Shown piece after piece: positions 33,348 to 36,359 of a stretch of 36,359 nt of DNA. How positions within the stretch are numbered: position 1 is the stretch's first letter; each line of letters begins with the position of its first letter. Location of the stretch: assembly GCF_001194135.2 (NCBI RefSeq), contig NC_068996.1, positions 38,445,085-38,481,443 of the forward strand. Direction: 5' to 3'. Both the position numbers and the translations under genes were made by a program. The notes under the pieces are model-generated. The model saw nothing but the letters and a program-made list of their open reading frames with translations. It had not been told where the DNA came from and made no database searches. Source of the stretch: Octopus bimaculoides (Eukaryota).

Positions 33348-33568
33348 CTACTGGGAAACACTCTGACCCCAATTTGCTTTTCTGTAAGGAATCAGTTTCC
33401 CTGAGAAATCAATTTGACATTGCCCTCGTAGAATTTTTGGTTGATATGTGTCTTCTTCAGAATCCAGTGTGTCGTTTTCACATGCATTGGGAGGAGATTT
33501 TACCAAGTTGCTGTTCTTGTCTTGGTTGCTCAATAAGGCTCCAGCAAAGAGAATCATTTTTGTTCTTT
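33348..33568 (-). CDS. Putative terminal exon of a minus-strand gene (RTKMILFAGALLSNQDKNSNLVKSPPNACENDTLDSEEDTYQPKILRGQCQIDFSGKLIPYRKANWGQSVSQ*)
   Basis: (TCTT)n pyrimidine tract then ccag|; 73-codon open frame to TAG; followed by ~1.2 kb of repeat-free AT-rich, UTR-like DNA. Confidence 0.35.
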
Positions 33569-33569
33569 C

Positions 33570-33600
<31 letters not shown>

Positions 33601-34059
33601 GAATATAAGACTTGGCAATCATTTACAGGGGAAGGGGATGGCTGATTAAAAGCAAAAAGGGTCTCATTACAAAAGAGAATAAGAAGCAAATGCAACAATA
33701 TAATTAGCCACTCTTCATTTAATGACATCTTGTTCTTGACCGAGGATATGACTTATCTCTTAGCAAGCCACTCATATTTTTTCTATCTTTTACTTGTTTC
33801 ATTTATTTGTCTGTGGCCATGCTGGGACAGCACCCAGAAGAATGAATTGACCACAGTACCTTTTTTTTAAACAGGTACTTATTCTATTGATCCTTTTACT
33901 GAACTGCTAAGTGATAATGAGGATATTCATGCTTATGCAAATGTCGCTGCACAAATTCCATGGGTTGCTTGCGAGTTGTATGAAGTTTTATGCTGCTTAA
34001 CTTTCCAAGACATTTAGTAATCAATAGTATAATGAAGGTGAATGTGCATGAGCTAGTAG

Positions 34060-34145
34060 TTATTGTGTTGCGCTCATGACCTAGCAATCATGGGTTCAAT
34101 TTCCAGACCAGGCAGCACATTGTATTCTCGAGCAAAACACTTGTA
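34060..34145 (+). mobile_element. Truncated family-3 SINE head
   Basis: gggttcaatttcc B box; ctcgagcaaaacactt. Confidence 0.55.
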
Positions 34146-34196
34146 CTGGAGAAGGTTCACATGCAAACTGCCTGTGTGACTATAACTACAAATATT

Positions 34197-34703
34197 CTTT
34201 TCTTATTTCTTTATTGCCCACAAGGGGCTAAACATAGAGGGGACAAACAAGGACAGACAGAGGGATTAAGTCGTCAATTCTTTTCTACTCTAGGCACAAG
34301 GCCCTAAAAAAAATTTTTTTGGGGGGGGAAGGGCAGTCGATTGGATCGACCTCATTACGCAACTAGTACTTAATCTATCAACCCCGAAAGGATGAAAGGC
34401 AAAGTTGACCTCAGCACGTAAAGAGAGACAAAATACCGCTAAGCATTTTGCTTGGCATGCTAACGTTTCTTATTTCTTTACTGCCCATAAGGGGCTACAC
34501 ACAGAGGGGACAAACAAGGACAGACAAATGGATTAAGTCGATTATATCGACCCCAGTGCGTAACTGGTACTTATTTAATTGACCCTGAAAGGATGAAAGG
34601 CAATGTCGACCTCGGTGGAATTTGAACTCAGAATGTAGCAGCAGATGAAATACCGCTAAGTATTTCGCCCGGCATGCTAACGTTTCTGCCAGCTTGCCAC
34701 ATT
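34197..34703 (-). mobile_element. Heterodimeric tRNA-SINE, copy 3, with an extra tail segment
   Basis: TSD actataac(ta/ag)caaatatt (16/18) at 34179-34196 and 34704-34721; same junction at ~34465. Confidence 0.85.
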
Positions 34704-34849
34704 ACTATAACAGCAAATATTATTTATAAAAGGACTTTAAATTTTCTTAGTTCCTAAGGACTTTTTCATTATATTTCTCCTGCTTTTTTTGCTTATTTTT
34801 TAATGGTATAGTTGGAGAATACTGTAAATCTGATGTAACAAAAGTCTTT

Positions 34850-35850
34850 ATTAACATTCAACATCTGTTTTCCATGCTGATATGGGTTTGATGGTTTAAC
34901 AGGAAATGGCCTGCTGAAGAGCAGGTTCCACATGTTTTGGCATGGTTTCTAAAATTGGATGCCCTTCCTAATGCCAACTACTTTACTGGGTGCTTTTTAC
35001 AGCACCAGCACCCACGACCCTGCAAGGTTAGGAATACTCAGCTGGAGAGGGATGCAGAGGACACCCTGTATGCAAGGACAACTATACTTTTACTTAGCTT
35101 GACGTGTCTTTTAAAGCACAGCAAACTGTCAGGAGTCTCAGCATCCGGTCATCCCCTCTGAGTCCCAATGCCTGTAGATCCTTTCTCACCACTTCGTCTC
35201 ATGTTTTCCTGAGTCTACCCCTTTTACATGTTCCCTCTACAATTATAAATCAATACCTCTTGATGCAACTTATTTTCATTCATACATTACATGGCCATAC
35301 CAGCACAGTCTTCTCTCTTGCATGCTATATCTAATGCTGTGCACACCCAGTTTTTCTCTCAAATCACTTACACTCAGGTGAATATGATATTACAAATCTA
35401 GCGGAGTGTACTGGTTTCATGTCTTTCAAGTCTTTGCATATCCTCAGTAGTCACAGCCCAGGCACCATACAATCTGCCTTTCACTCTGAGGGAGAGGCCC
35501 TTTGTTACTAACAGAGGTAGTAGCTTTTTGAATTTCACCCAGCCTATTCTTATTTGAGCAGCTATGCTTTCGGAACAAGCTCCTCCACTACTAACTCAGT
35601 CACCTAAGTAATGGAAACTGTACTACTTCTAAGGATCCCCGCTGACATTTGAGGGAGTCTATTTTTTGTATATTCTTGGTGCTTAATGTACCTGCACATC
35701 TGCCACATGTAAAGACTACTTTCTCGGTTAGTCTTCCAGTGATACCGCTGCATCTTGTACGTGTCCACAGCTTGCACCAGGTAACTTTATGGAGTTTCTT
35801 ACAACACCTTTTCTACATATCAAGCAGGGCCATTATCCTGAAGTATGAAG
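34850..35850 (-). mobile_element. RTE-clade LINE, ~1 kb 3' portion (ORF remnant plus 3' UTR)
   Basis: WPCLICRKG..CKLW..RCSGITGRL..FTCGRCAG; SSGGACSESIAAQIRIGWVKFKKLLPLLVTKGLSLRVKGRLY; followed by the ggatgcccttcctaatgccaac UTR. Confidence 0.9.
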
Positions 35851-36359
35851 TAAAGCTGTTAAAGTTTTAACCTCCAGTCTCTGTTAATCTTATTTTCAGG
35901 TGGGATCTTTTCCTCTTTTTCCATTTTTCACACTATTAACATGTAACTACCAACAAGTCAAGAAACGAAAATGTCAAAAAATATTTGTTTGTCCCTGTAC
36001 CCAAGGTACTCACAACAGTATATATAATATGATCCCACGAGGGTATGTGGCTGCACTAGAAATAACAACCAATAAATTACAACATATCAGAGACAACAAG
36101 AATCAGTTGGTAAAGTTCACACAATTGCAGTTTCGCACCTCACCTTGAAAAATGTTTGTTTGTTTTTTTTGTTACAAAAGCGTACTTTCTATGTTCATTT
36201 GACTAAACTATAGATAAACTGTTGTTTTGACATTGTTAAAATCCCTGTATTTTTCCATGTAGATTTTTAAAAAGTTTCTAAAAAGTTCAAAATTTTTTTT
36301 TTTGGGGGGGGGAGGTAAAATTTTGAAAACGTGTTTATGTTGCATATTCGTAATCTCCA

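Overview
AT-rich, repeat-dense animal genomic DNA with three assembly gaps (5455-5623, 25953-25962, 28263-28289). From recall, the SINE, RTE and MITE families look like those of octopus or another coleoid cephalopod; this is inference, not a database result. Almost none of the supplied ORFs are host genes. Reading splice signals by hand gives two convergent, unidentified spliced genes: gene A (+; exons 868-985, 3934-3983, 7015-7083, 10794-10816, 16524-16612; ends in ...YNPPPPKYE*) and gene B (-; exons 19005-19190, 18640-18686, 17083-17157, 16726-16772). Their stop codons are only 113 bp apart. A possible further minus-strand exon lies at 33348-33568. The rest is mostly mobile DNA: a decayed Ty3/Gypsy provirus (~25.6-29.1 kb), many RTE LINE 3' ends, an RLE-type LINE remnant with a nested Mariner MITE, piggyBac-type MITEs and several tRNA-derived SINE families, including a TSD-flanked heterodimeric SINE present three times. 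The standout is a ~400-bp fold-back palindrome (30.35-30.80 kb) of a tRNA-headed element. Each arm carries a minimal type I hammerhead ribozyme motif of the kind known from Penelope-like elements.
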